DNA of 64,000 nt from an uncultured Acidobacteriota bacterium. Its GTDB lineage: Bacteria; Acidobacteriota; Thermoanaerobaculia; UBA5066; Gp7-AA6. The DNA is taken from contig CAVXTP010000022.1 in NCBI GenBank assembly GCA_963764715.1, positions 160,001 to 224,000 on the forward strand, given 5' to 3'. The position numbers were made by a program, and so were the translations under genes. The notes beneath the pieces were generated by a model, which searched no databases, was not told the origin of the DNA, and worked only from the letters and a program-made list of their open reading frames with translations. Below, in pieces: positions 46,832 through 55,037 of this stretch (its first letter is position 1; each line of letters opens with the position of its first letter).

Positions 46832-48097
46832 ATGGCCGAAACCGGAAAGTTTCTCTTTCGCAAAGTCGAGAAGGCGATCCAGGCGATCGAGCGGACGGCG
46901 GACGCCTCGGCCACGATCATGCAGACGGCCTCGACCGTGATCGAGCAGTTCTCCGAGGTGCTCGGCGTGCGCGGCGGCCGTCTCTACGTGCGCCGCGACG
47001 GCGGCTACGAGCTCGTCCGCACCTTCGGCAACGTGCCGGCCATTCCGCCCGGCCTCTTCATCCCGGAGGACTACGTTCCGATCGAGCGCGTGGTCGACGA
47101 GGGCGTGCTGGTCATGGACCTGTCGGCGCCGGGCGTCGACGCCGAGCTCGAACGGCGCCTGGGCGCCGAGCGCTTCGCGGCGATCGCCGTGGGCGACGAC
47201 GAATACATCCTGTCCTTCACGGTCGATCCGGCGGCGCCGGAGGACGACCTCCTCTCCTCGCTCGGCATCCTGCGCCTCGCCGTCGACCAGAAGCTGCGGC
47301 AGGACCGGTACGTCTCCGCGCTCCAGGAGGCCCGCCGGATCCAGATGTCGATCCTGCCCAAGCGCGCCCTCCGCCGGGGATCGATCGAGGTCGCGGGATT
47401 CACGACTCCGGCCGAGCTCGTCGGCGGCGACTACTTCGACTTCATTTCCGTGTCGGATCGCATTCTCGGGATCGCGATCGCCGACGCCTCGGGACACGGC
47501 CTGCCGGCGGCCCTCCAGGTGCGGGACGTGTACACGGGCCTGCGCATGGCGGTCGAGCGCGACTTCAAGATCGTCCGCACGGTCGAGCGCCTCAACCGGA
47601 TCATCCACGAGTCGCGTCTCACGACCCGCTTCGTGTCGCTCTTCTACGGGGAGATCGAGGACGACGGGAACCTGATGTACGTCAACGCCGGCCATCCGCA
47701 CCCGCTCCACTTCCACGGCATGAGCGTCACGCCGCTGGTGCAGACCGGGCTCGTGCTCGGCCCGACTTCCAACGCCACGTACAGCCGCGGGTTCCGCCGG
47801 ATCGAGCCGGGCGACGCGCTCCTCTTCTACACCGACGGGATGGTCGAGGCGCACGACGACAACGGCGAGGAGTACGGCCCCGGGAGGCTCACGCGGGCGT
47901 TCCTGGAGCTCCGCGAGCGGCCCTGCGACGAGATCGCGCGGGAGCTCATCAAGCGGGTCACCGAATGGTGCGGCGGCGGCGAGCCCGAGGACGACCGCAC
48001 GGTCGTCGTCCTGAAGCGCCACTTCGGTCCGGCGCCGGCCGGCAGCGAGGGGCGGACGAGCTCGGGAACCTACCCGGTGCCGAAGGTCCCGGCGTAG
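46832..48097 (+). CDS. GAF + PP2C/SpoIIE (RsbU-like) serine phosphatase
   Basis: ARRIQMSILP, VGGDYFD, IADASGHG, NAGHP, YTDG, EDDRT. Confidence 0.92.
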   Translation: MAETGKFLFRKVEKAIQAIERTADASATIMQTASTVIEQFSEVLGVRGGRLYVRRDGGYELVRTFGNVPAIPPGLFIPEDYVPIERVVDEGVLVMDLSAPGVDAELERRLGAERFAAIAVGDDEYILSFTVDPAAPEDDLLSSLGILRLAVDQKLRQDRYVSALQEARRIQMSILPKRALRRGSIEVAGFTTPAELVGGDYFDFISVSDRILGIAIADASGHGLPAALQVRDVYTGLRMAVERDFKIVRTVERLNRIIHESRLTTRFVSLFYGEIEDDGNLMYVNAGHPHPLHFHGMSVTPLVQTGLVLGPTSNATYSRGFRRIEPGDALLFYTDGMVEAHDDNGEEYGPGRLTRAFLELRERPCDEIARELIKRVTEWCGGGEPEDDRTVVVLKRHFGPAPAGSEGRTSSGTYPVPKVPA

Positions 48098-48118
48098 GGC
48101 GCCGCGGCGTTCGGGGCG

Positions 48119-49048
48119 TCAGGCTTTGTGCCGGCTCCGAAAGAACTCCGCCGTCTTCTTCAGGCCCTCTTCGAGGCGCGTCCAGGCCGGCAGGCCGAAG
48201 TCCTTCCGCACGAGAGAGCCGTCGAGGACGCTGCGCATCTGTTCGCCGGCCGGGGCCGGGACGTGCGGCGGAGTCGCCGTGTAGCCGTACTCCTTCGCCA
48301 GTTGCGCAAACAGGCGATTGACCGACGTCTCCACGCCCGTGCCGAGGTTCCAGACGCCGCTCTTGTCGTTTCCCGCCGCGGCCGCCGCCGCCCGGACCAG
48401 GTCGCCGACGAAGACGTAATCGCGCGTCTGCTCGCCGTCGCCGTTGATCTTCAGGGGCCGGCTCCCGAGCATGGCCTCCGAGAAGATCGCCACGACGCCG
48501 GCCTCGCCGGTGCCGTCCTGCCAGGGCCCGTAGACATTGGCATAGCGGAAGACCTGGGTCTGGAATCCGTGGACCACGCGGTAGTAGTGCATGTATTTCT
48601 CGATCGAGAGCTTGGCGCAGCCATAGGGGGAGACGGGGTTGGTGGGGTGGGACTCGGGCGCCGGGCGTCCGCCCTCCGGCTCCCCGTAGATCGCGCCGCC
48701 GGTCGAGGAGAACAGCACGTGACGCAGACCGGCGCGGCGCATGGCCTCGAAGAGCATCAGGCTTCCGATGATGTTGGCGCGCGCGTCGCCGATCGGATCG
48801 GCCACGCTGTGCCGCAGGTCGATCTGCGCGGCGTGGTGGGAGACGAACTCGATCTTCTCTTCGCGCAGGAGGGGCTCGAGGTCGACCGACGCGATGTCGG
48901 CCTGCACGAAGCGCGCGGCCTGGGGCAGGCGCTCGCGCCGCCCCGAGGAGAGGTCGTCGACGATGACGACCCGGTGGCCGTCCTGGAGGTGCCGCTTCGC
49001 CATGTGCGAGCCGATGAAGCCCGCGCCGCCGGTCACGAGGATGTTCAT
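48119..49048 (-). CDS. NAD-dependent epimerase (UDP-glucose 4-epimerase-like)
   Basis: TGGAGFIGS, SSTGGAIYG, YGCAK, RYANVYGP, GEAGVVAIF, QTRDY. Confidence 0.92.
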   Translation of the reverse strand: MNILVTGGAGFIGSHMAKRHLQDGHRVVIVDDLSSGRRERLPQAARFVQADIASVDLEPLLREEKIEFVSHHAAQIDLRHSVADPIGDARANIIGSLMLFEAMRRAGLRHVLFSSTGGAIYGEPEGGRPAPESHPTNPVSPYGCAKLSIEKYMHYYRVVHGFQTQVFRYANVYGPWQDGTGEAGVVAIFSEAMLGSRPLKINGDGEQTRDYVFVGDLVRAAAAAAGNDKSGVWNLGTGVETSVNRLFAQLAKEYGYTATPPHVPAPAGEQMRSVLDGSLVRKDFGLPAWTRLEEGLKKTAEFFRSRHKA

Positions 49049-49077
49049 AGAATGGGCCGGTCCTTTCGAATCCCGGC

Positions 49078-49695
49078 ATGATAGCGGACGAACCGAAGCG
49101 CCCCGATTCCCGCCTCGCGATCGACCCGCGCGCCCTCGGGCTGCGCGAGGCGCCCCGCGCGTTCTTCCGCCGCGACACCTCACGCGTCGCCCGCGACCTC
49201 GTCGGCGCGTGGATCGCCCGGCGCTGGAGGGGCCGCTGGTACGGCGCGCGGCTCGTCGAGACCGAGGCATACCTGGGGCCGACCGACCGCGCGGCCCATT
49301 CCTGGGGCGGTCGGCGGACGGCGCGCATCGAGCCGATGTACGCCGACGGAGGGCACCTCTACGTTTTCCTCGTCTACGGCATGCACCACTGCGCCAACGT
49401 CGTCACGCGCCGCGAAGGCGTGGCGGAGGCGGTGCTGCTGCGGGCGGCGGAAGGCCCGGACGGCGCGCCCCCGCGTCTGCTCGCCGGCCCGGGCAAGCTC
49501 TGCGCGGGCCTCGGGATCACCGTGCGAGACAGCGGTCGGGATCTCCTCGGCGGCGCCGTGCGGATCCTCGTTCCCGCCCGCCGCCCCCGCCGCCGCCTCG
49601 CGGCCTCGGCTCGGATCGGCATCGACTACGCCGGCGCCGCGAAGCACTGGCCGCTGCGCTTCTACGACAAGGATTCGGACGCGGTCTCGCGTTAG
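49078..49695 (+). CDS. mpg: DNA-3-methyladenine glycosylase (Mpg/Aag family)
   Basis: VETEAY, DRAAHS, YVFLVYGMH, AVLLRA, GPGKLC, RIGI. Confidence 0.93.
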   Translation: MIADEPKRPDSRLAIDPRALGLREAPRAFFRRDTSRVARDLVGAWIARRWRGRWYGARLVETEAYLGPTDRAAHSWGGRRTARIEPMYADGGHLYVFLVYGMHHCANVVTRREGVAEAVLLRAAEGPDGAPPRLLAGPGKLCAGLGITVRDSGRDLLGGAVRILVPARRPRRRLAASARIGIDYAGAAKHWPLRFYDKDSDAVSR

Positions 49696-49915
49696 GGCGG
49701 CCGCAAGGGCCGCCCCTACGACCGGAGCCCGTGGACACCCTCATACGGCACTCTCCCTGCAGTTCGCGGCGCGGATAGTCTCCCGAGCGAAGCGAGGGAG
49801 GAGGTCCGCGCCGCGGGAGCGAAGCGCGGCGAGGAGGTCAGGCTCGCGGTCGAGCCCACAGGCGAGCCGCGAGCCGGTGCGCCCGCAGGGCGCAGACCTC
49901 CTCGCAAGCGGAGCG
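49695..49915. repeat. Composite REP-like structured intergenic element
   Basis: GTAG-type hairpin at 49695-49719, nested stems at 49765-49815 and 49829-49905, repeated GAGCGAAGCG. Confidence 0.65.
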
Positions 49916-49919
49916 ACGG

Positions 49920-52220
49920 TTAGTGGGGTAAGAGCGGCAGCTGCCCCGGCCCGGGCTCCGACGTCGCGACGACGGCGTTCTTTCCGCCGTGCTTCGCGCG
50001 GTAGAGGGCGGCGTCGGCCTTCTCGACGAGCGCCTTCTTTTCGGTCGAGTCGTCCGGGTAGGTCGCCAGTCCGATCGAGACCGTGGCCCGGAGGATCTCG
50101 CGGGAGTCGGGCATCCGGAAGAGACGCTCGTCGATGCGCCGGCGCACGCGCTCGGCGACCAGCACCGCTTCGCTGACGGGCGTCTCCGGCAGGACCAGCG
50201 CGAACTCGTCTCCTCCGTAGCGGGCGAGCAGGTCCATGTCGCCGCGGACCTCGGCCCGGACCTCGGCCACGATGCCCTGCAGGACCGCGTCGCCCACGGG
50301 ATGCCCGAAGCGGTCGTTGATCGCCTTGAAGTCGTCGATGTCGAGCATCACGACGGTCAGGGGGCGGCCGAGCCGCTCGGCGCGGCCGAGCTCGCGCTGC
50401 AGCACCTCCTGGAAGTGCCGGTGGTTGTAGGCGCCGGTCAGCGAGTCGCGGATGGACTGCTCGCGCGCCTCGGTGTAGGACCGCGCGTTCTCGATCGCCG
50501 CGACGGCCTGGTTGGCGAAGATCTCGAGCGAGCGGATCGTCTCGACCCTCGGGGTCTCGCCGTTCCTGGGGTCGTCGACCGAAAGGCACCCGAGCAGGCG
50601 GTCCCCGGCGTAGAGGGGGATCCAGAGCAGCTCGCCCGGGTGCCAGGCGTCGTCGCCGGCCGTGACGACCCGCCGGGCCGCGGCGACGGCGGGAGCGGCC
50701 TCCCGCGCCGGCCGGTCGCGGACGTAGAACGACTTGGAGACGCGGTTCTTCTCGGTCCAGTGGCGGGTGATCTCCTCGGCGGGCACGTCGCGCTCCCGCA
50801 GCTCCGGCCAGCGGTCGTCGACGCCGAAGTGGGCCCGCGGCGAAAAGACGTTGCGCTCGCGGTCGTAGAGCGAGAGGACGACCTGCTGGAACCCGAGGCC
50901 CTTGGCGACCGCCGAGGCGATCGAGGGGAGGAGGTCGTCGAGGGTCCGGTTCTTCTTGAGGTCGTTCGAGATCTCGAGGATCTGGTTCAGCGTCTCGGCG
51001 CGCTCGCGGTTGCGCTCCGAGAGCTCCTCGATCTGGGCCCGGATGCTCCGGTCCTGGAGGACGAGCGCGATGTGGTCGGCGATCGTCCGGAGGGAGGCGA
51101 CGGTGGCCGGCGCGTGGAGCGCCGCGTCGGAGCCCTCGAGCACGAGCAGGCCGGAGTGAAGCTCGAAGGTCGAGAGCCGGACGCGGACCTGGTAGTGCGT
51201 GCCCGGCGCCAGGCGGATCTCGCGCGCGTCGCCGACGGCGAGCTCCTCGGGGGCGCTCCCGCGTTCGACGCGGCGCTCGTCGAGGCGGCTGCGGCGCGCC
51301 CAGGCCAGAATGTCGCGGCGGGTCGCGGCGGCCTTCTCCGAGACGTGCACCACGAGGTCCTCGTCCTCGCCGCCCGGCCACTCGATGACGGCCATGGCCT
51401 CGACCGGCAGCAGCCGGGCGACGGCGGCGAAGACCCGCTCGTAGCGGTCGACCCGCGCGCTGCCGCCGAACGTCGTCGAGATTTCGCGCATGACGTCGAG
51501 CTCGCGGTTCTGCCGCGAGACCTCGGCCACCCGCCGCTCCATCGAGGAGAGGTTCCGCACGACGAACGAGGCGAGGACGACCGGGAAGAAGGCGAGCAGC
51601 GTTCCGGCCGCCCCGTACGGCGCGTAGACCAGGACCTCGAGGATGACGATCGGCGCGAGCAGCAGTAGGGCCGCGAGCTGGAAGAAGGCGATCTCGAGGA
51701 GGCGCTCGCGGGATGCCATGCCGCCGAGCTCGAGGTACGCGAAGACGAGCGCCGTGTTGACGAAGAAGAAGACGAGGAGGACCCCGGTGGCGAGGGCCGC
51801 GACGGTCACCCAGCCGGCTCCGGCGGCATGCAGGGCCCGGCAAAAGAGGGCCGCCGCGCCGTAGGCGAGCGAGAGCTGGGCGACGTCGAAGGCGTTGGCG
51901 AGGTTCAGGCGCCGGGGCCGGGCGAGGAGCTTCGAGACGCCGTCCGCCACGGCGCACACGAGCATCGCGGCGCCGGGGGAGTCGAGGATGAGGATGGCGG
52001 GAACGAGGGCCGCGGCTTCGAGGCCGACGTAGTTGCCGGCGTACCGCACGCGGAGCCGGAAGGCCACGACCGAGAGGCCCGCGAAGAAGAGCAGCTCGGG
52101 CCAGCGTTCCCACGGGATGCCCGGCAGAAGGAGCGCGAGCGCCACGCCCGCGCCCGCGCAGGCGGCGACCTGGAGACTCCGGAAGGCGCCTCCCTTCGGG
52201 CGCGGGGCCTCGCCGGTCAC
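49920..52220 (-). CDS. Multi-TM sensor + GAF domains + diguanylate cyclase
   Basis: GTG start overlapping the upstream stop; several TM helices, two GAF-like regions, DSLTG, DIDDFKAIND, RYGGDEF. Confidence 0.9.
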   Translation of the reverse strand: MTGEAPRPKGGAFRSLQVAACAGAGVALALLLPGIPWERWPELLFFAGLSVVAFRLRVRYAGNYVGLEAAALVPAILILDSPGAAMLVCAVADGVSKLLARPRRLNLANAFDVAQLSLAYGAAALFCRALHAAGAGWVTVAALATGVLLVFFFVNTALVFAYLELGGMASRERLLEIAFFQLAALLLLAPIVILEVLVYAPYGAAGTLLAFFPVVLASFVVRNLSSMERRVAEVSRQNRELDVMREISTTFGGSARVDRYERVFAAVARLLPVEAMAVIEWPGGEDEDLVVHVSEKAAATRRDILAWARRSRLDERRVERGSAPEELAVGDAREIRLAPGTHYQVRVRLSTFELHSGLLVLEGSDAALHAPATVASLRTIADHIALVLQDRSIRAQIEELSERNRERAETLNQILEISNDLKKNRTLDDLLPSIASAVAKGLGFQQVVLSLYDRERNVFSPRAHFGVDDRWPELRERDVPAEEITRHWTEKNRVSKSFYVRDRPAREAAPAVAAARRVVTAGDDAWHPGELLWIPLYAGDRLLGCLSVDDPRNGETPRVETIRSLEIFANQAVAAIENARSYTEAREQSIRDSLTGAYNHRHFQEVLQRELGRAERLGRPLTVVMLDIDDFKAINDRFGHPVGDAVLQGIVAEVRAEVRGDMDLLARYGGDEFALVLPETPVSEAVLVAERVRRRIDERLFRMPDSREILRATVSIGLATYPDDSTEKKALVEKADAALYRAKHGGKNAVVATSEPGPGQLPLLPH

Positions 52221-53344
52221 GCGGCCTTCCCCTTCCAGCGGATGACGCCGTCCTTCAGGAGCTTCTGGAAGATCACGAGGACGTCGAGCTCCTTCATCGG
52301 CGAGATCTTCATGATCGACTTGACGTCCCACTGTCCGTTGATCCGCGACAGCACGAACCCTTCGTGGGGCGAGAAGGAGAGCTTCGTCAGCGAGGCGAGC
52401 GGGACGGCGAGCTCCGGGACTTTGTCGCCCGAGACGCCGTCCCGGTCGAGGGCGGCCTTGATCGCCCGCTCGGCCTCGCGGAGTGCCTCGGTCGTGCGGC
52501 CGTCGCCCTGGTCGAGCTCGTGGGCCGCCTTGAACAGGCGATAGGCGGCGTGGGGATCGTCCTTGAGCTGGGAGCGGCCGCGCTGGAGGAAATGGTCGAT
52601 CTCGCTCGCTCCGGCCGGCAGGTCCGGGGTGGCCGGCCGCCGGGGCCGCTTCTCGGCCAGGCGCATCGTCCCCGTGCGCAGGCCTTCCGAGATCAGCTTG
52701 GAGACGATGAACTCGGCGTTGTGGGTCTGGAGGGCGATCTCCTCGATCGAGCGCTGGCCGTCGATGTACGGGATGATGAGCTTCTCGCGGTCGCCGACCG
52801 AGTCCATGTCGAGGGAGCGGATGATGTCGGGGACGACGCTCGAGTCGGGGACCCGCTGGCGGATGAGCTGCCACTCGTCGTAGCGGCGCATCCCTTCCAT
52901 GATGATCCCGGTGACGTCGAGGGAGAGGGGCACCATCTTCTGGTCCGGCATCTGGCCGTCGACGAACTCGAAGCTGCCCTCAGTCCAGAGGAAGACGTCG
53001 TAGATCGACTCCTCGGCCTTCTTGCGCATCAGGCGGAGAAGGTCGGTTTCGGCGATGGCGTTGATCATGACGAGGATCTTGCCCAGGAGGATCTGCGACT
53101 CCTCCTGGACCTCCATCGCCATCTTGAGCTCCTCCTCGGTGATGAAACCGTTGGAGACGAGGAAGTGCCCGAGGTACTCGCGTTGATCGGAGGAGGAGGT
53201 GGACGCGATGCGGCCGTCCTGGAAGTAGATGCGCTTCTCGACGCCGTGCCCGTCGATGAGCAGCGTGCCGGTCTTCGAGCCGAGGGAGAGCCATTGAAAC
53301 AGCTCTCCCAGCTGCATCGTCTTGAGATTGCCGGTGATTCCCAA
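52217..53344 (-). CDS. DUF4388 (PATAN-like) domain protein
   Basis: GNLKTMQLGELFQWL..KTGTL..IYFQDGRI, LGKILV, FLWTEGSFEF, EGMRRYDEW; C-terminal EGFVLSRING. Confidence 0.85.
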   Translation of the reverse strand: MGITGNLKTMQLGELFQWLSLGSKTGTLLIDGHGVEKRIYFQDGRIASTSSSDQREYLGHFLVSNGFITEEELKMAMEVQEESQILLGKILVMINAIAETDLLRLMRKKAEESIYDVFLWTEGSFEFVDGQMPDQKMVPLSLDVTGIIMEGMRRYDEWQLIRQRVPDSSVVPDIIRSLDMDSVGDREKLIIPYIDGQRSIEEIALQTHNAEFIVSKLISEGLRTGTMRLAEKRPRRPATPDLPAGASEIDHFLQRGRSQLKDDPHAAYRLFKAAHELDQGDGRTTEALREAERAIKAALDRDGVSGDKVPELAVPLASLTKLSFSPHEGFVLSRINGQWDVKSIMKISPMKELDVLVIFQKLLKDGVIRWKGKAA

Positions 53345-53419
53345 CGGTGATGTCTCGAGCCCGGTATTTTAGCGCAAGAGACTGAGGGCCCTGGATTTCG
53401 GGGGTTCGGCGATACGGAG

Positions 53420-53493
53420 AGGAGGCAGGAGGCGGGAGGCAGGACGCAGGACCGACTGCTCCCTGCCGCCTGCCTCCTGCTGCCTGCTTCCTG
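53420..53493. repeat. Heptamer-based inverted repeat, second copy
   Basis: GCAGGAG-like x4, short loop, CCTGCNN x4; abuts the acyl-CoA dehydrogenase stop. Confidence 0.85.
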
Positions 53494-54669
53494 CTACTCC
53501 ATCGGCGGGTTGTACGACGCCACCCCGGTGACCGCCTCGCCGATGATCAGCGTGTGGATGTCGTGCGTGCCCTCGTAGGTGTAGACGCTCTCGATGTTGG
53601 CGAGGTGACGGAAGACGGGGTACTCGTTGACGACGCCGTTCGCCCCGAGGGTCTCGCGGGAGAGCTTCGCGCACTCCCGGGCGACCCACACGTTGTTGCG
53701 CTTGGCCATCGAGACGTGGTGGGGCTTCATCGTCTTGTCGTCCTTCATCCGGCCGAGGCGCCAGGCGAGGAGCTGGCCCTTCGTGATCTCCGTGATCATC
53801 CAGGCCAGGCGCTCCTGGACGAGCTGGTGCGCCGCGATCGGACGGTCCTTCCACTGCTTCCGGCTCTTCGAGTACTCGAGCGCGCAGCCGTAAGTCGCCA
53901 TGGCGCTGCCGAGCGCGCCCCACGCGATGCCGTAGCGCGCCTGGGTCAGGCAGGAGAGGGGGCCCTTGAGGCCCTCGACGCCCGGCAGGACGTTCTCGGC
54001 CGGGATGCGGCAGTCCTCGAAGGCGAGCTGCGACGTGACCGAGGCGCGCAGCGACATCTTCCCCTTGTGCTCGAACGTCGAGAACCCCTTGGTCCCCTTC
54101 TCGACGAGGAACCCCCGGACGACCCCGTCGAGCTTGGCCCAGACCACCGCCACGTCGGCGATCGAGCCGCTCGTGATCCAGGCCTTGGCGCCGTTCAGCA
54201 CGTAGGAGTTGCCGTCCTTCTTCGCCGTCGTCCGCATTCCGCCGGGGTTCGATCCGAAGTCGGGCTCCGTCAGGCCGAAGCAGCCGAGGGCCTCGGCCTT
54301 CGCGAGCTTCGGGATCCACTTGTCCTTCTGCTCCTTCGAGCCGTAGGCGTAGATCGGAAACATGACGAGCCCCGACTGGACGGACACGAAGGAGCGCAGG
54401 CCCGAGTCGCCGCGCTCGAGCTCCTGCATGATCAGGCCGTAGGAGACGTTGTCGAGGCCCGGCAGGCCGTATTCGGCGATGGTCGAGCCGAAGAGGCTCA
54501 TCGCGGCCATTTCGGGAACGAGCTCCTTCGGGAAGCGCCCCTCCCAGGCCGCGTCCTCGATGATGGGGAGGACCTTGTCGTCGACCCAGGAGCCCACGGT
54601 GTCCCGGACCAGGCGCTGGTCCTCGGTCAGGAGACCGTCGATGTCGAGATAGTCGGCGTGCGAAGCCAA
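53494..54669 (-). CDS. Acyl-CoA dehydrogenase, glutaryl-CoA dehydrogenase-like
   Basis: ELERGDSGLRSFVSVQ, GCFGLTEPDFGSNP, KMSLRASVT, YTYEGTHDIH. Confidence 0.9.
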   Translation of the reverse strand: MASHADYLDIDGLLTEDQRLVRDTVGSWVDDKVLPIIEDAAWEGRFPKELVPEMAAMSLFGSTIAEYGLPGLDNVSYGLIMQELERGDSGLRSFVSVQSGLVMFPIYAYGSKEQKDKWIPKLAKAEALGCFGLTEPDFGSNPGGMRTTAKKDGNSYVLNGAKAWITSGSIADVAVVWAKLDGVVRGFLVEKGTKGFSTFEHKGKMSLRASVTSQLAFEDCRIPAENVLPGVEGLKGPLSCLTQARYGIAWGALGSAMATYGCALEYSKSRKQWKDRPIAAHQLVQERLAWMITEITKGQLLAWRLGRMKDDKTMKPHHVSMAKRNNVWVARECAKLSRETLGANGVVNEYPVFRHLANIESVYTYEGTHDIHTLIIGEAVTGVASYNPPME

Positions 54670-54770
54670 GATGTGCCCTCCCGCAAAGGGCGGAATCCTA
54701 TCCCGGCGGGGCCCTTCCGGGGAAGCGACGTCCGGATCGGCGGCCGGGGCCGGGTTACACTTTTCCTCGC

Positions 54771-55037
54771 ATGAGCGCGTTTCTCGGGGGTTCCGCGTAT
54801 GCCATGGTCCGCGACGTGGCCGACGGCTACGTCATCGCCTCCGAGCTGACGTTCCGGAAGTTCCAGCTCGGGGACTTCCAGGCCTTCGGCGTCGAGGCGG
54901 ACAAGCTCATGCGCGAGATCCGGGGCAACGTGCCCCCGACCGGAGACGTCGAGGCGACGCAGAAGCGGCACCGGCGCATGCAGCGGCTCCAGCAGGCCAT
55001 CACGCTCGCCAACAACGTCCGCACGCGGCTGCGTTGA
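54771..55037 (+). CDS. Small hypothetical protein (88 aa)
   Basis: Natural-looking composition and codon bias; -10 TACACT 9 nt upstream; stop overlaps the next start. Confidence 0.75.
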   Translation: MSAFLGGSAYAMVRDVADGYVIASELTFRKFQLGDFQAFGVEADKLMREIRGNVPPTGDVEATQKRHRRMQRLQQAITLANNVRTRLR

